Below, in pieces: positions 27,590 to 36,480 of a DNA stretch of 45,981 nt. Both the position numbers and the translations under genes were made by a program. This DNA comes from a virus. Lineage: Duplodnaviria; Caudoviricetes. Every line of letters begins with the position of its first letter. The first letter of the stretch is position 1. The stretch is taken from the IMG/VR virus record IMGVR_UViG_3300037851_000058, positions 1 through 45,981 of that record. One strand, 5' to 3'. The notes under the pieces were generated by a model, which saw only the letters and a list, made by a program, of their open reading frames with translations, was not told the origin of the DNA and did not search any database.

Positions 27590-29515
27590 ATGTCACTCAC
27601 CAAAATCGACGCATCGCAGATTTCCGGCAACATCGGCGGCGGGATCAATTACATCTCGAACAATATCGCGGAGAATGACACCTCCGGCTGGGTGACGTAT
27701 AACGACGGCTCGGCGATTCCCGTCGATGGCACAGGCGGGAGCCCTGTCATTACATGGACGCGCACGACCTCCTCGCCATTGCGCGGCGGCGCTTCATTCC
27801 TGTTCACGAAGGATGCGGCGAACCGGATCGGGCAAGGCGTGAGCTATGACTTCACCATCGACTCGACCGACAAGGCGAAGCCCATCTATGTGAGCTTCGA
27901 TTATCTTCCCTCGGGATTCACCGACGATTGGTTGAGCGTCTGGATTTATGACGTGACGAATGCCGCGCTGATCCAGCCCGCGCCCTATCTGATCAAGAAT
28001 GTGGTCAATACGGAATCCTTCGCGGCGGTCTTTCAGTCCTCGTCGAATTCCACAAGCTACCGCCTGATCATCAACAATACGACGACCAGCGCCAGCGCCT
28101 ATACGGTCAAGTTCGATAATTTCAAGGCGGGACCCAGCTATGCGGTGATGGGAAGCCCGGTGACGGACTGGCAGAGTTATACCCCAACCACACAAGGCTT
28201 AGGAACTCTCGGCGGTGGGTCGAATGCTTACTGGCGACGCAACGGAGACTCCATCGATATTATGGCGAGGCTTCTTACCGGAACGGTGACAGCGGTCGAA
28301 GCCAGAGTTTATCTTCCATCTGGGCTAAGTGTTGATACTTCTAAGCTGGCAGGGGGTCGCACAGTTATCGCTCCGCTTGCAAGGGAAACAGCGACAGCAG
28401 GGAATATCGTCGCCGTTCAAGCGAACTCTGGAGCATCGAACTATTTAACATTCGGAACATGGACGAACGCCGGATCTCCATTCGTCGTATCGACTGGAAC
28501 TGGATTATTCGGGAACTCGGAACAGATTTCATTTTTAATCACGATTCCCGTTCTCGGCTGGTCCTCGTCGGTCCTCATGTCCGACAACGCAGACACGCGG
28601 GTGGTGGCGTTGAATCGCCTAAAAACGGGAAGCCAGTCCATCAATCAATCCGTAAACTCTTACCTAGATTTCCCCTCGGCACAAGTGGATACGCACGGGG
28701 CATGGGTCGCCGGAACGGGTTACGTTTCAGGCGCGGGAACATGGACGGTCTCTCCTAAATTTATCTGTCCTGTTTTTGGAGTTTACGAAGTCGAGGCATC
28801 CGTCTTATGCACGCCAGCGGCGGCGTGGACCGTTAATAATGCGGCGGCTCTGTCGATTCATAAGAACGGCTCATCGATCATTGCTGGAAGCGCGGCTTAT
28901 GCGTGGGCCGCGACAACATCACCGGTCCCCTTGATTGTTCACGGAAACATTCAATGCAACGCTGGAGACACTCTCCAGATTTCGGGTGTGGCGAATATGG
29001 ATCCGTCATGGTCTGCTGAAACCGGAGCGTTAAGAATCAATCGCCTCTCCGGTCCCTCGCAAATCGCCGCGACGGAGACGGTGGCGTGTCGAGTATATGC
29101 TTCCTCGGCAACATCTGTATCCGACAATACGATAACTAAGGTTGCGTATAATTCTAAGTCATTCGACAGCCACGGATCATTCAACACTTCCACGAATACT
29201 TTTACGGCTCCTGTAGGTGGAGTTTATTTGGTCATTGGACACATTGAATGGGCGGTCGGGAGCTTCGCGTCTGGAGGAACTGGGCAAATTTACCTCTATA
29301 AGAATAGCGGGCAAACATCATTGCTAAACAACAATGACCAGCCGGGAGTAACTTCGGCGACGAAAGCATTTACTCAGGAAGGCTCAGATATGGTTAGGTT
29401 GATTGCTGGGGACACCCTTGATATTCGAGCCTATCAAGTAAATAACGGGGGGACTCGCAACACGAATTCCGGAGAATATAGAGTTTATGCAAGCTTCGTC
29501 AGAATTGCGAACTAA
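27590..29515 (+). CDS. Tail fibre / receptor-binding protein with C1q-like domains
   Basis: DSHGSFNTSTNTFTAPVGGVY, LYKN, L.AGDTL; a second similar domain upstream. Confidence 0.75.
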   Translation: MSLTKIDASQISGNIGGGINYISNNIAENDTSGWVTYNDGSAIPVDGTGGSPVITWTRTTSSPLRGGASFLFTKDAANRIGQGVSYDFTIDSTDKAKPIYVSFDYLPSGFTDDWLSVWIYDVTNAALIQPAPYLIKNVVNTESFAAVFQSSSNSTSYRLIINNTTTSASAYTVKFDNFKAGPSYAVMGSPVTDWQSYTPTTQGLGTLGGGSNAYWRRNGDSIDIMARLLTGTVTAVEARVYLPSGLSVDTSKLAGGRTVIAPLARETATAGNIVAVQANSGASNYLTFGTWTNAGSPFVVSTGTGLFGNSEQISFLITIPVLGWSSSVLMSDNADTRVVALNRLKTGSQSINQSVNSYLDFPSAQVDTHGAWVAGTGYVSGAGTWTVSPKFICPVFGVYEVEASVLCTPAAAWTVNNAAALSIHKNGSSIIAGSAAYAWAATTSPVPLIVHGNIQCNAGDTLQISGVANMDPSWSAETGALRINRLSGPSQIAATETVACRVYASSATSVSDNTITKVAYNSKSFDSHGSFNTSTNTFTAPVGGVYLVIGHIEWAVGSFASGGTGQIYLYKNSGQTSLLNNNDQPGVTSATKAFTQEGSDMVRLIAGDTLDIRAYQVNNGGTRNTNSGEYRVYASFVRIAN

Positions 29516-29531
29516 TTTCATCGGAGGAAAA

Positions 29532-29837
29532 ATGAAACAGTTCATTGTGCTTCAAGTAATTTTGAGCGCGATTGTGTGTATGGAAGTGGAGTGGACGCGA
29601 TTCTCCGGAACCGTGAAGGCGACGAATCAGCGAACGCAGACCGTGACGATTCAGAACCGCGACGGGGATCTGATCACCATTCCGGTAGATTATCAGGTCA
29701 CGATCATGCACAAGGATGAGCTTCGCCAGCTCAAGGATCTACAGCTCGACGAAAAAGTAACCCTGATGCGAACGCCGAAAGAGCGCCCGCTGTCAGAGGA
29801 ACCCCCGGTCCCCGAATGGGAGCCGAAGAAAAAGTGA
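29532..29837 (+). CDS. Small exported OB-fold-like protein
   Basis: SD GGAGG; hydrophobic N-terminus; GTVKA...TVTI...LKDLQLDEKVTL. Confidence 0.6.
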   Translation: MKQFIVLQVILSAIVCMEVEWTRFSGTVKATNQRTQTVTIQNRDGDLITIPVDYQVTIMHKDELRQLKDLQLDEKVTLMRTPKERPLSEEPPVPEWEPKKK

Positions 29838-29844
29838 GGATCAG

Positions 29845-30153
29845 ATGAAAATCAAAAACCTGAACGATAAGATTAAACCCCTGACCGGAGAAGATGACCC
29901 GAAGGCGGCGGACGCAATGCCGACCTACAAGCGCGTCCTCCTGCTATGCGTCGGCAATATCGCCGCCGACAATGCTCAGGAAACCGAATCCTGTTTCCGG
30001 CTGGTGAATCAGATCAAGGCGGCGGATGACAAGCTGGAGCTGGACGATTCCGATGCGGCGGTCTTGCGCGCGGTGCTGGGGCGGAATCCCCTCCGATTGC
30101 CCGTCGCGATCATGGGCCCGGTACTTGAAAAACTGAACGACGCGGAGAAGTAA
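29845..30153 (+). CDS. Hypothetical protein (possible fibre chaperone)
   Basis: SD GAGGA; small helical protein in fibre cluster. Confidence 0.6.
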   Translation: MKIKNLNDKIKPLTGEDDPKAADAMPTYKRVLLLCVGNIAADNAQETESCFRLVNQIKAADDKLELDDSDAAVLRAVLGRNPLRLPVAIMGPVLEKLNDAEK

Positions 30154-30156
30154 CCG

Positions 30157-31836
30157 ATGGCTTCGGTCGCCTTCCTTGCCGAGATGGAGCGCAAGCGAGG
30201 AAGCAACCCTCGCACGAAGATCGAATTCATCGACAAGACCAACACCGTCACCGACATCTCCCGGTATTTCCTTTCGATAGCATCCTTCGAGCAAGTGAAA
30301 GAGCGCGCGCCCGACGAGATTCAGGCGGGCGAATTCGATGTGGCGCTCTCGAATGTGGACGACACCTTCTCGGAATACAAGGTCGGCTCGCTCTTTTACG
30401 GGCTGGACTATCATGGGTCGCGCATCCGGGTGAGTGAAGGATTCCTCCTCCCGGACGGGACTGAGGAATACGAAGTGCAGGGGGTGGGGTATATCGACAT
30501 TCTCAGCACCGATCCGCAGGAATCGCGGGTCATGCTTCGATGCCGGGACATTCTCTGGCGGATCATGGATCAGAAGATCCACCCGCGCCCAGCGGATGAA
30601 GTCGTTATGGCGGGCCTCGGGAATACCGGGGATGGAGTCGTCACCGGAGTGGGCAAGCTTCCCTTCGCGACCGTGACTGAGAGCTGGACCCTCACGTGCA
30701 CAACTCCCGGCGGCGATGCAGTCGCGATCTTTTCGGTGGTCGGATCGGTGTCGGGCAATATCGGCAACGCCACCAGCGGAACCGAGTTCGTGGACTCGAC
30801 CGCTGGCATTCGCTTCACGATCCGGGCGGGCCCGACGAACTGGGCGGCGGCGGACACCTTTCAATTCGATCTTCTCCAGCATCCCGAGTGGACCGATCTC
30901 AACGCTGGGAAAATCATCTGGTCGATTCTGACCGGGTACGATTGGGACACCAACGTTCAGGAGTCCTTCTCGGATCTGGTTTTCGATTTCGACAACACGC
31001 AATCTTCCGCCAACACCGAACTGGATTACGATTCTTTCGCGACCGCGATTTCGATCATTGATTCTATCGGGGTCTATGATGTGAAGGGATTCGTCCCTTA
31101 CGATTCGGACGCGATCGGATATATTCAGTCCCTCCTCGTCATGTTCCTCGGCTCGCTCTATACCGGGAGTGATGGAAGGATCAAGCTATCGACCTATGTG
31201 CCGCCTTCTTCACCCAGCTTCACGCTATTCTCAGACGATAAAAAGATCAAGGCGCTCTCGATCAAGCGGAGCGTGGACGAGATCATCAATTCCGTGACGG
31301 TCCTCTACAAGGGCTCGGACATCTGGCAATGGTCGGCGGAAGGGGTTTATCTGGATGGCTCCTATGTTCTGACTGATCCGACTTCGGTGACGAAATATAA
31401 ATTGCTCCAACAGGTTTTTGAAATTCCGTGGTATTCGACTTCCCGGAATCATGTTCAGGACTTCGCCGACAAGCTGATCAAGCGCTTCGCGGAGCCGCCG
31501 CTCAACATCGAATTCCAGACCGGGCTGGACGCGCTTCTCACCCAGATCGGCGATCGGGTGCAGATCATCGACACGAAGACCGGGATCGACACCATCGCGG
31601 AAGTCACCGCCATGTCGAAAACCTTCGATCAACCGATGGCGGCGATCTCGATGAGATGCCGGGTGGATCAGAGCACGAACACCGTCTTCGGAGCGATCGG
31701 GTCCGAGATCGACGAAGGCGACGGATTGAGCCCGCAGTCGGACGATTACGATACCGCCAGCGTATCGGACAAGAGCATCGCCGCCTATTTCTCACAGGTC
31801 GGCGATACGAATCCGCCTCAATACAGGATGTTCTAA
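30157..31836 (+). CDS. Tail tip / baseplate hub protein (putative)
   Basis: LSNVDDTF, DGRIKL, IINSVTVLY, QIGDRV hub-like pattern. Confidence 0.7.
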   Translation: MASVAFLAEMERKRGSNPRTKIEFIDKTNTVTDISRYFLSIASFEQVKERAPDEIQAGEFDVALSNVDDTFSEYKVGSLFYGLDYHGSRIRVSEGFLLPDGTEEYEVQGVGYIDILSTDPQESRVMLRCRDILWRIMDQKIHPRPADEVVMAGLGNTGDGVVTGVGKLPFATVTESWTLTCTTPGGDAVAIFSVVGSVSGNIGNATSGTEFVDSTAGIRFTIRAGPTNWAAADTFQFDLLQHPEWTDLNAGKIIWSILTGYDWDTNVQESFSDLVFDFDNTQSSANTELDYDSFATAISIIDSIGVYDVKGFVPYDSDAIGYIQSLLVMFLGSLYTGSDGRIKLSTYVPPSSPSFTLFSDDKKIKALSIKRSVDEIINSVTVLYKGSDIWQWSAEGVYLDGSYVLTDPTSVTKYKLLQQVFEIPWYSTSRNHVQDFADKLIKRFAEPPLNIEFQTGLDALLTQIGDRVQIIDTKTGIDTIAEVTAMSKTFDQPMAAISMRCRVDQSTNTVFGAIGSEIDEGDGLSPQSDDYDTASVSDKSIAAYFSQVGDTNPPQYRMF

Positions 31837-33609
31837 ATGGCTTACCTGAATCTTGTCGGGACGTTCATCTATCGCGAACCGCTCTACCGGGCAAAGGTGG
31901 ACGCGCTCGCCGAAAATGATGACTTCCTGAAAGACAACGGCTGGCAGACCGCAACCGAAGCCCTGTTCTTTCAAGCCTCAGTCCCGACCGGATGGACTCA
32001 GGATGTGGCGAATAACAACCGCTATCTCCGGGTTGTGTCCTCGCTCGGAGGCGGAGGGACCGGAGGATCGCATACCCCGACGACCGCGATCCCGCTGGCG
32101 CATAGCGCGCATTCCATCACCGCCGCTCCCACGCACACGCACAGCGCGGGTGCGCATACTCACAACATGGATTATGTCGCCGACAAGCTCCAGATGACCG
32201 GAACCCAGCGGGTCATGGTGGAGGATGGCGGCTTTATGATGTTAAGCGACCGCTCGATTTCGAGCCCGAATCTTCCGCGCATCTATCCGTACACGGACCA
32301 GTCCTCGAGCATTACCAGCGGCGCGGATGGCGCGCACGATCATGGCGGGGCAACGATCAATTCCCCACTGGCGGATCTCACCATCTCTTATTGCGACATC
32401 ATCCTCGGGACGAAGGATGCGGGCGGCGGAACCTATACCGATTACACCAGCTACTTCGGGTCCGGCGACAAGATCGACTTCGACCCGTTCGACGGCATGG
32501 CGGACAATGATGCCTACAACAATACCCGGCTGATGCCCGCGACGACCGTGATGATCTGGGGACAGGCGACCGCGCCGCTGGCATGGACGAAGCTTACGTC
32601 GGTGGATGATCGGATGCTCCGGGTGGTATCGGGCGCTGGCGGCGGAGTGGGCGGGAGCTATGGCCCGCAGTTCGAGGTCACGGTCCAGCATATCCACGCG
32701 ACCAGCTCGCAAGCGGGGCATTCTCATACCGTCCCGTCGCATGATCACCAGCTCGCGGTGAGCGCTCCGACCTTCCATTGGGACTATACCCCGTTCTGGG
32801 GCGATGAGCGGCGCTATGTGCAGAGCGATGGAACCTACCTCCGGCCTTCCGATTTCGTAGGCCCGACCGCCAGCCGGACGGTTTATAAATCGAGCGTCAA
32901 TAATGTCGCGACGACGACGCAATCGAACGTCGCGCACACGCACGTCATCCAACAGGCGGGCACGAATTTCACCCTCGCGTATGTGGATGTGATCGCTTGC
33001 TCGAAAGATTCCGCCGGGGCTCCGTATCCCTACGATGATCTCACGGCGGTCTTCGCGTTTAAGAAGCTGGTGAGCAAGCAACGGCTGAATCGGATGGCCC
33101 AGAATGACGAGCATCTGAAATACCACACGACCCCGGCTGGATCGCGGACCTTCTTCATGATGGCGAGCCCGCCACTCCTCTGGACGAAGATCTTCTCGTA
33201 TCATGATCTCGGGCTCCGCCTGACGACTGGAGGGTCTGGTGGGACTCAGGCTGGCGGGACTCAATTCATGAGCGCGCCGATCGTGCTCGCGCACACGCAC
33301 GGAATCGACGGGGTGACGCATGATCATCAATTCACGAATCACGTCCACAGCCTGAATACCGATACCCGGACCGCGAATCCGATCTATGCCGACCGATATA
33401 TCGGCGCTCAATCCGGGGATCTCCCGGTCCCGTATCTTCGAGAAGGATTCGGGCCAACGACCATCAACAATAACCGATTCAAGACGACGACTACCGGGAC
33501 GACCGGGACAACAGGAACGAATACGCACACTCACGGCGGAGTCACCGGATCTCAGCTCGCGAACATTTCGCTGGCTTATCTCGACGTGATTTATTGCCAG
33601 AAGGATTGA
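31837..33609 (+). CDS. Tail fibre tip protein with three tandem collar/His-needle units
   Basis: Three ~190-aa repeats each with P..WT, LR, Gly-rich turn, HxH motifs and Y.D.I...KD end. Confidence 0.85.
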   Translation: MAYLNLVGTFIYREPLYRAKVDALAENDDFLKDNGWQTATEALFFQASVPTGWTQDVANNNRYLRVVSSLGGGGTGGSHTPTTAIPLAHSAHSITAAPTHTHSAGAHTHNMDYVADKLQMTGTQRVMVEDGGFMMLSDRSISSPNLPRIYPYTDQSSSITSGADGAHDHGGATINSPLADLTISYCDIILGTKDAGGGTYTDYTSYFGSGDKIDFDPFDGMADNDAYNNTRLMPATTVMIWGQATAPLAWTKLTSVDDRMLRVVSGAGGGVGGSYGPQFEVTVQHIHATSSQAGHSHTVPSHDHQLAVSAPTFHWDYTPFWGDERRYVQSDGTYLRPSDFVGPTASRTVYKSSVNNVATTTQSNVAHTHVIQQAGTNFTLAYVDVIACSKDSAGAPYPYDDLTAVFAFKKLVSKQRLNRMAQNDEHLKYHTTPAGSRTFFMMASPPLLWTKIFSYHDLGLRLTTGGSGGTQAGGTQFMSAPIVLAHTHGIDGVTHDHQFTNHVHSLNTDTRTANPIYADRYIGAQSGDLPVPYLREGFGPTTINNNRFKTTTTGTTGTTGTNTHTHGGVTGSQLANISLAYLDVIYCQKD

Positions 33610-33611
33610 CC

Positions 33612-34001
33612 ATGCAGAATACCGACGAACGAAGGATCATGGTGTGCCCGCTGAATGGCGGGCGATGCTATGAAGGGCGGCGCGATGATTTTCCCACGAC
33701 CGCCGACAAGATGCCGCTCACGTGCCGCTGGTGGGTGCATCTCTACGGGAAAGATCCTCAGAGCGAAAAGATAATGGACCAGCACGATTGCGCGATCGCA
33801 TGGCTTCCGGTGACGACGATCGAGACTTCCCAGAATGTCCGGCAGACCGCCGCGAGCGTGGACAAGACCGCGAATGTGCTCAATGAAGTCGGGAAGCAGA
33901 TCGCGAATGTCCAGAAGGCGCTCTATATCGAGGCGGTGAAGCAGGGCCAGATCTCGGGCGGGAACCCCTCGCTCAACCCGCCGCCGGAGCCGGAGGATTA
34001 A
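33612..34001 (+). CDS. Cys-containing phage protein after fibre tip gene
   Basis: CPL...C...CRWWVHLYGKDPQ...CAIAWLP. Confidence 0.7.
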   Translation: MQNTDERRIMVCPLNGGRCYEGRRDDFPTTADKMPLTCRWWVHLYGKDPQSEKIMDQHDCAIAWLPVTTIETSQNVRQTAASVDKTANVLNEVGKQIANVQKALYIEAVKQGQISGGNPSLNPPPEPED

Positions 34002-34002
34002 A

Positions 34003-34371
34003 GTGGCGAAATACCGATACTTCAAGGATTCCGAAGTCGAAGGACTCGTCCATGATTTCGTCAAAAAACTGGACGACGCTCGAGGCATGGCGGGAATTCC
34101 ATTCGTGATCACCAGCGGGAAGCGCACGAAGGCGAAGAATGCCAGCGTGATCGGGGCGGTCGCGAACTCCGCGCATCTGAAAGGGCTCGCGGTGGATTTG
34201 AGGGTGCGCTCAACCCGGGAAGTCGCATTGATTCTCGACGCTTGCTATGAAGCCGGGATCAAGCGGCGCGGGATCTATGTGAATGAATTCATGCACCCGA
34301 TACACTTGCACGTCGATGACGATTCCGAGAAGGTGAGCCCGGTTATCTTCATCAAGCGGGAGGAGAATTGA
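34003..34371 (+). CDS. Endolysin, peptidase M15 family
   Basis: ITSGKR, SAH-x6-D (SAHLKGLAVD), HLHVD. Confidence 0.9.
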   Translation: MAKYRYFKDSEVEGLVHDFVKKLDDARGMAGIPFVITSGKRTKAKNASVIGAVANSAHLKGLAVDLRVRSTREVALILDACYEAGIKRRGIYVNEFMHPIHLHVDDDSEKVSPVIFIKREEN

Positions 34372-34733
34372 CCGCTCCCCAGATTGATCATGTTGCGGTA
34401 GAGCTTTACAAGCACGCCGACGCGAAGATTGAATCCTTGCGCGGGGACATCGGCGAAATGGTCCGGCATGATGTGGAGCTGGGGGTAAAGATCGACCATC
34501 TGGCGGAGCGGGTGGATCAGGGCGTGGCGGTGACCGGACAGAAAACCCTCGAGCAAGTCATGACCCTTGTGAATAAGCTCTCCGAATATAAAGTGCAGAT
34601 GGATCAGCAGGGCCTCGAGCTGGGCAATCATCGGAAGGAAATCGACCGGATCAATACGGCGGTCTTCTGGGTCGCGACGACCGGGGTGCTCGGAGGGATC
34701 GTCACGCTGGTGATCAAGTGGATTCATCCTTGA
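34368..34733 (+). CDS. Coiled-coil protein with C-terminal TM (holin/antiholin candidate)
   Basis: TTG start overlapping endolysin stop; single C-terminal TM. Confidence 0.6.
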   Translation: MTAPQIDHVAVELYKHADAKIESLRGDIGEMVRHDVELGVKIDHLAERVDQGVAVTGQKTLEQVMTLVNKLSEYKVQMDQQGLELGNHRKEIDRINTAVFWVATTGVLGGIVTLVIKWIHP

Positions 34734-34748
34734 CGGAAGGAGCCGCAC

Positions 34749-34958
34749 TTGTTTGACTATACGCTTAAAATGCTATGGAGACCCGACAGCCCGACCTTGT
34801 GCTCAGAAACCAACCACGTATTCTTATCCGCCGGGTCATCGTCCACGATTCGCGAGGGCGTGTCCTGCCAGTGCGGAAAAACCATTTCGACATTAAGGAC
34901 GTGCACGGAGTGCGGATCATTTCAGTTTACCGCTACCCCGAAAAAGGAGCTGTCATGA
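34749..34958 (+). CDS. Small Zn-binding protein
   Basis: SD AAGGAG; CQCG and CTEC. Confidence 0.6.
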   Translation: MFDYTLKMLWRPDSPTLCSETNHVFLSAGSSSTIREGVSCQCGKTISTLRTCTECGSFQFTATPKKELS

Positions 34959-35224
34959 ACATCGCTGAAATGCTGAACCCGAAGAAGTGGCTCGAGGGAG
35001 TAATCGTCACGAAGGTGCTCGGAAAATTCGCGAAGCACGCGACAGGCGCGGTGATCGGATTTCTGACCGGGCCGTGGTTCGCGAAAGTCGTCGCGCCGAT
35101 CTTAAATCAGGTCGGGATCAGCATCGACTTCTCAAAGTTCGAGGAGGGAATGACCGTCCTCCTGATCGGAGCCTTCGGTGCGCTCTGGAACTATATCCAG
35201 CATCGGTTCTTCAAAAAAAGCTAG
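34955..35224 (+). CDS. Holin candidate
   Basis: SD AAGGAG, ATG 34955; two hydrophobic segments, basic C-terminus. Confidence 0.6.
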   Translation: MNIAEMLNPKKWLEGVIVTKVLGKFAKHATGAVIGFLTGPWFAKVVAPILNQVGISIDFSKFEEGMTVLLIGAFGALWNYIQHRFFKKS

Positions 35225-35582
35225 TTACGCTTCGCTCCTCCGGAATGCGGAGGGGTCTAAGTGGGAGCGGGCGCTCGAGCTGTTAGTGCGCTGGTTCCAG
35301 CTCCCGAAGCCGGAGCGGTCCTACCGATTCCATCCGGAGCGGATGTGGAAGGCGGACTTCGCATGGCCCGCCCAGAAGCTCATCGTGGAATGTGAGGGCG
35401 GGATCTGGAAGCGCGGCGGCGGCGGGCATTCGCACCCGCTGGGGATTGAGCGAGACATCGAAAAGTACAACGCCGCGACGCTTTTGGGCTGGCGCATCCT
35501 TCGCTTGACTGATAAAATGCTGGCGAAGAAAAGGCTCGGCGAGACCGCCCAGCTCTTGCGGTCGGCGCTGAATCTGTTATAA
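35178..35582 (+). CDS. DUF559/Vsr-like endonuclease
   Basis: YRFHPERMWKADFAWP..KLIVECEGG...H...RDIEKYNAATLLGWRILR; start uncertain. Confidence 0.85.
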   Translation: MRSGTISSIGSSKKASYASLLRNAEGSKWERALELLVRWFQLPKPERSYRFHPERMWKADFAWPAQKLIVECEGGIWKRGGGGHSHPLGIERDIEKYNAATLLGWRILRLTDKMLAKKRLGETAQLLRSALNLL

Positions 35583-35583
35583 T
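35556..35583 (+). promoter_or_regulatory. Strong sigma70 promoter with extended -10
   Basis: TTGCGG-16 nt-TATAAT with TGn directly before the -10. Confidence 0.75.
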
Positions 35584-35589
35584 CCGTCC

Positions 35590-35690
35590 TGTACAGGGCG
35601 CGCTCGCGTTTGACCCTCCAGTTGCCGCGACCGCCCACTATATCGAGCAAGAGAGCCCTCCGTCGAAAGCCGGGGGGCTTTCTTTTTTTT
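35590..35690 (+). ncRNA. Putative ~100-nt sRNA with exposed anti-RBS loop
   Basis: Bounded by promoter and terminator; stems GGGCG/CGCCC and TCGCG/CGCGA close loop TTTGACCCTCCAGTTGC. Confidence 0.65.
35651..35690 (+). terminator. Intrinsic terminator
   Basis: 12-bp stem GAGAGCCCTCCG/CGGGGGGCTTTC followed by T8. Confidence 0.9.
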
Positions 35691-35695
35691 GAAAA

Positions 35696-36307
35696 ATGTT
35701 ATTTGATCAACAAGCTCTAATTTCGCAACAGGAGGGGCCAGCCATTTCGATTAAAAAAGTTTTTCCCCAGACCATCATTCTCACCCCCGAGAACATCGAG
35801 GCGTGCAAGGAATACACCCGGCTATGCGCGGGTCGCGTCGATGATCATGTGATGGAGCATCAAGATGTGATGCCGACCGCCGAACAGAACAAGCCCAGCT
35901 ATACGATGCTCACCGGAGCATGGGGCGAAGCGGCGGTGTCTCAATTCACTAAGATTCCGTGGGATCAAAAAGGCGAAACCCGCCACCGCCCGGATATGGT
36001 GATCAATGGGATCAAGGCCCAGATCCGCAACACCCGGATGGGCTGGCGCTTGCTCGTCCGAACATGGGACGCGAATTATGGCGCGCGCTATGTGATCGGG
36101 TGCTTCGGGACCGCGCCAGAGATCACGATCAAGGGGTGGATCTGGATCGAAGAAGCTTTCAAGATGAAGGAATGCTTCGGGCAACATCCGTTTCCGAAAC
36201 ACTTTTTAATTCCATACACTCAGCTCCATCTCGAAGCCTTTCCGGATGGTCAGCTCGAGCTACCGATTTTGGCGGGCTCGTCCCGCGACAGTCAAACGGT
36301 CCTGTAA
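35696..36307 (+). CDS. PD-(D/E)xK-like phage protein; true start may be ATT 35744
   Basis: GAWGEAAVS...RPD...AQIRNT...IKGWI. Confidence 0.6.
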   Translation: MLFDQQALISQQEGPAISIKKVFPQTIILTPENIEACKEYTRLCAGRVDDHVMEHQDVMPTAEQNKPSYTMLTGAWGEAAVSQFTKIPWDQKGETRHRPDMVINGIKAQIRNTRMGWRLLVRTWDANYGARYVIGCFGTAPEITIKGWIWIEEAFKMKECFGQHPFPKHFLIPYTQLHLEAFPDGQLELPILAGSSRDSQTVL

Positions 36308-36310
36308 GTA

Positions 36311-36480
36311 AAGAGTCGAATTCCTGCGGCGCAAGCCATAGTCAATTCTTAACCTGATCGAGAATTGAACGGAGCAGAGGGTGACTGGTACCTGATTATT
36401 CCTACGTGTGGGAACGGGGAACATCAAAACCACTACGAGTTCGTCGCGAGATGAGTCAAAAGCCCTGATCGTTCAGGGAG
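36311..36480 (+). ncRNA. Structured non-coding element (ncRNA, leader or origin)
   Basis: Five hairpins, two with GNRA loops, in a 258-bp gene-free gap. Confidence 0.4.

Noticed and set aside
23769-33609. Diversity-generating retroelement or invertible fibre cassette
   Set aside because: No reverse transcriptase, invertase or near-identical nucleotide repeat pair seen; repeats are at protein level only.
34003-35224. Spanin genes / lipoproteins
   Set aside because: No convincing lipobox found here or in 29532..29837, so host envelope type is not inferred.
36320-36480. Known riboswitch (e.g. c-di-GMP-I) or CRISPR mini-array
   Set aside because: GNRA hairpins are present, but I could not match a consensus and there are no spaced direct repeats.
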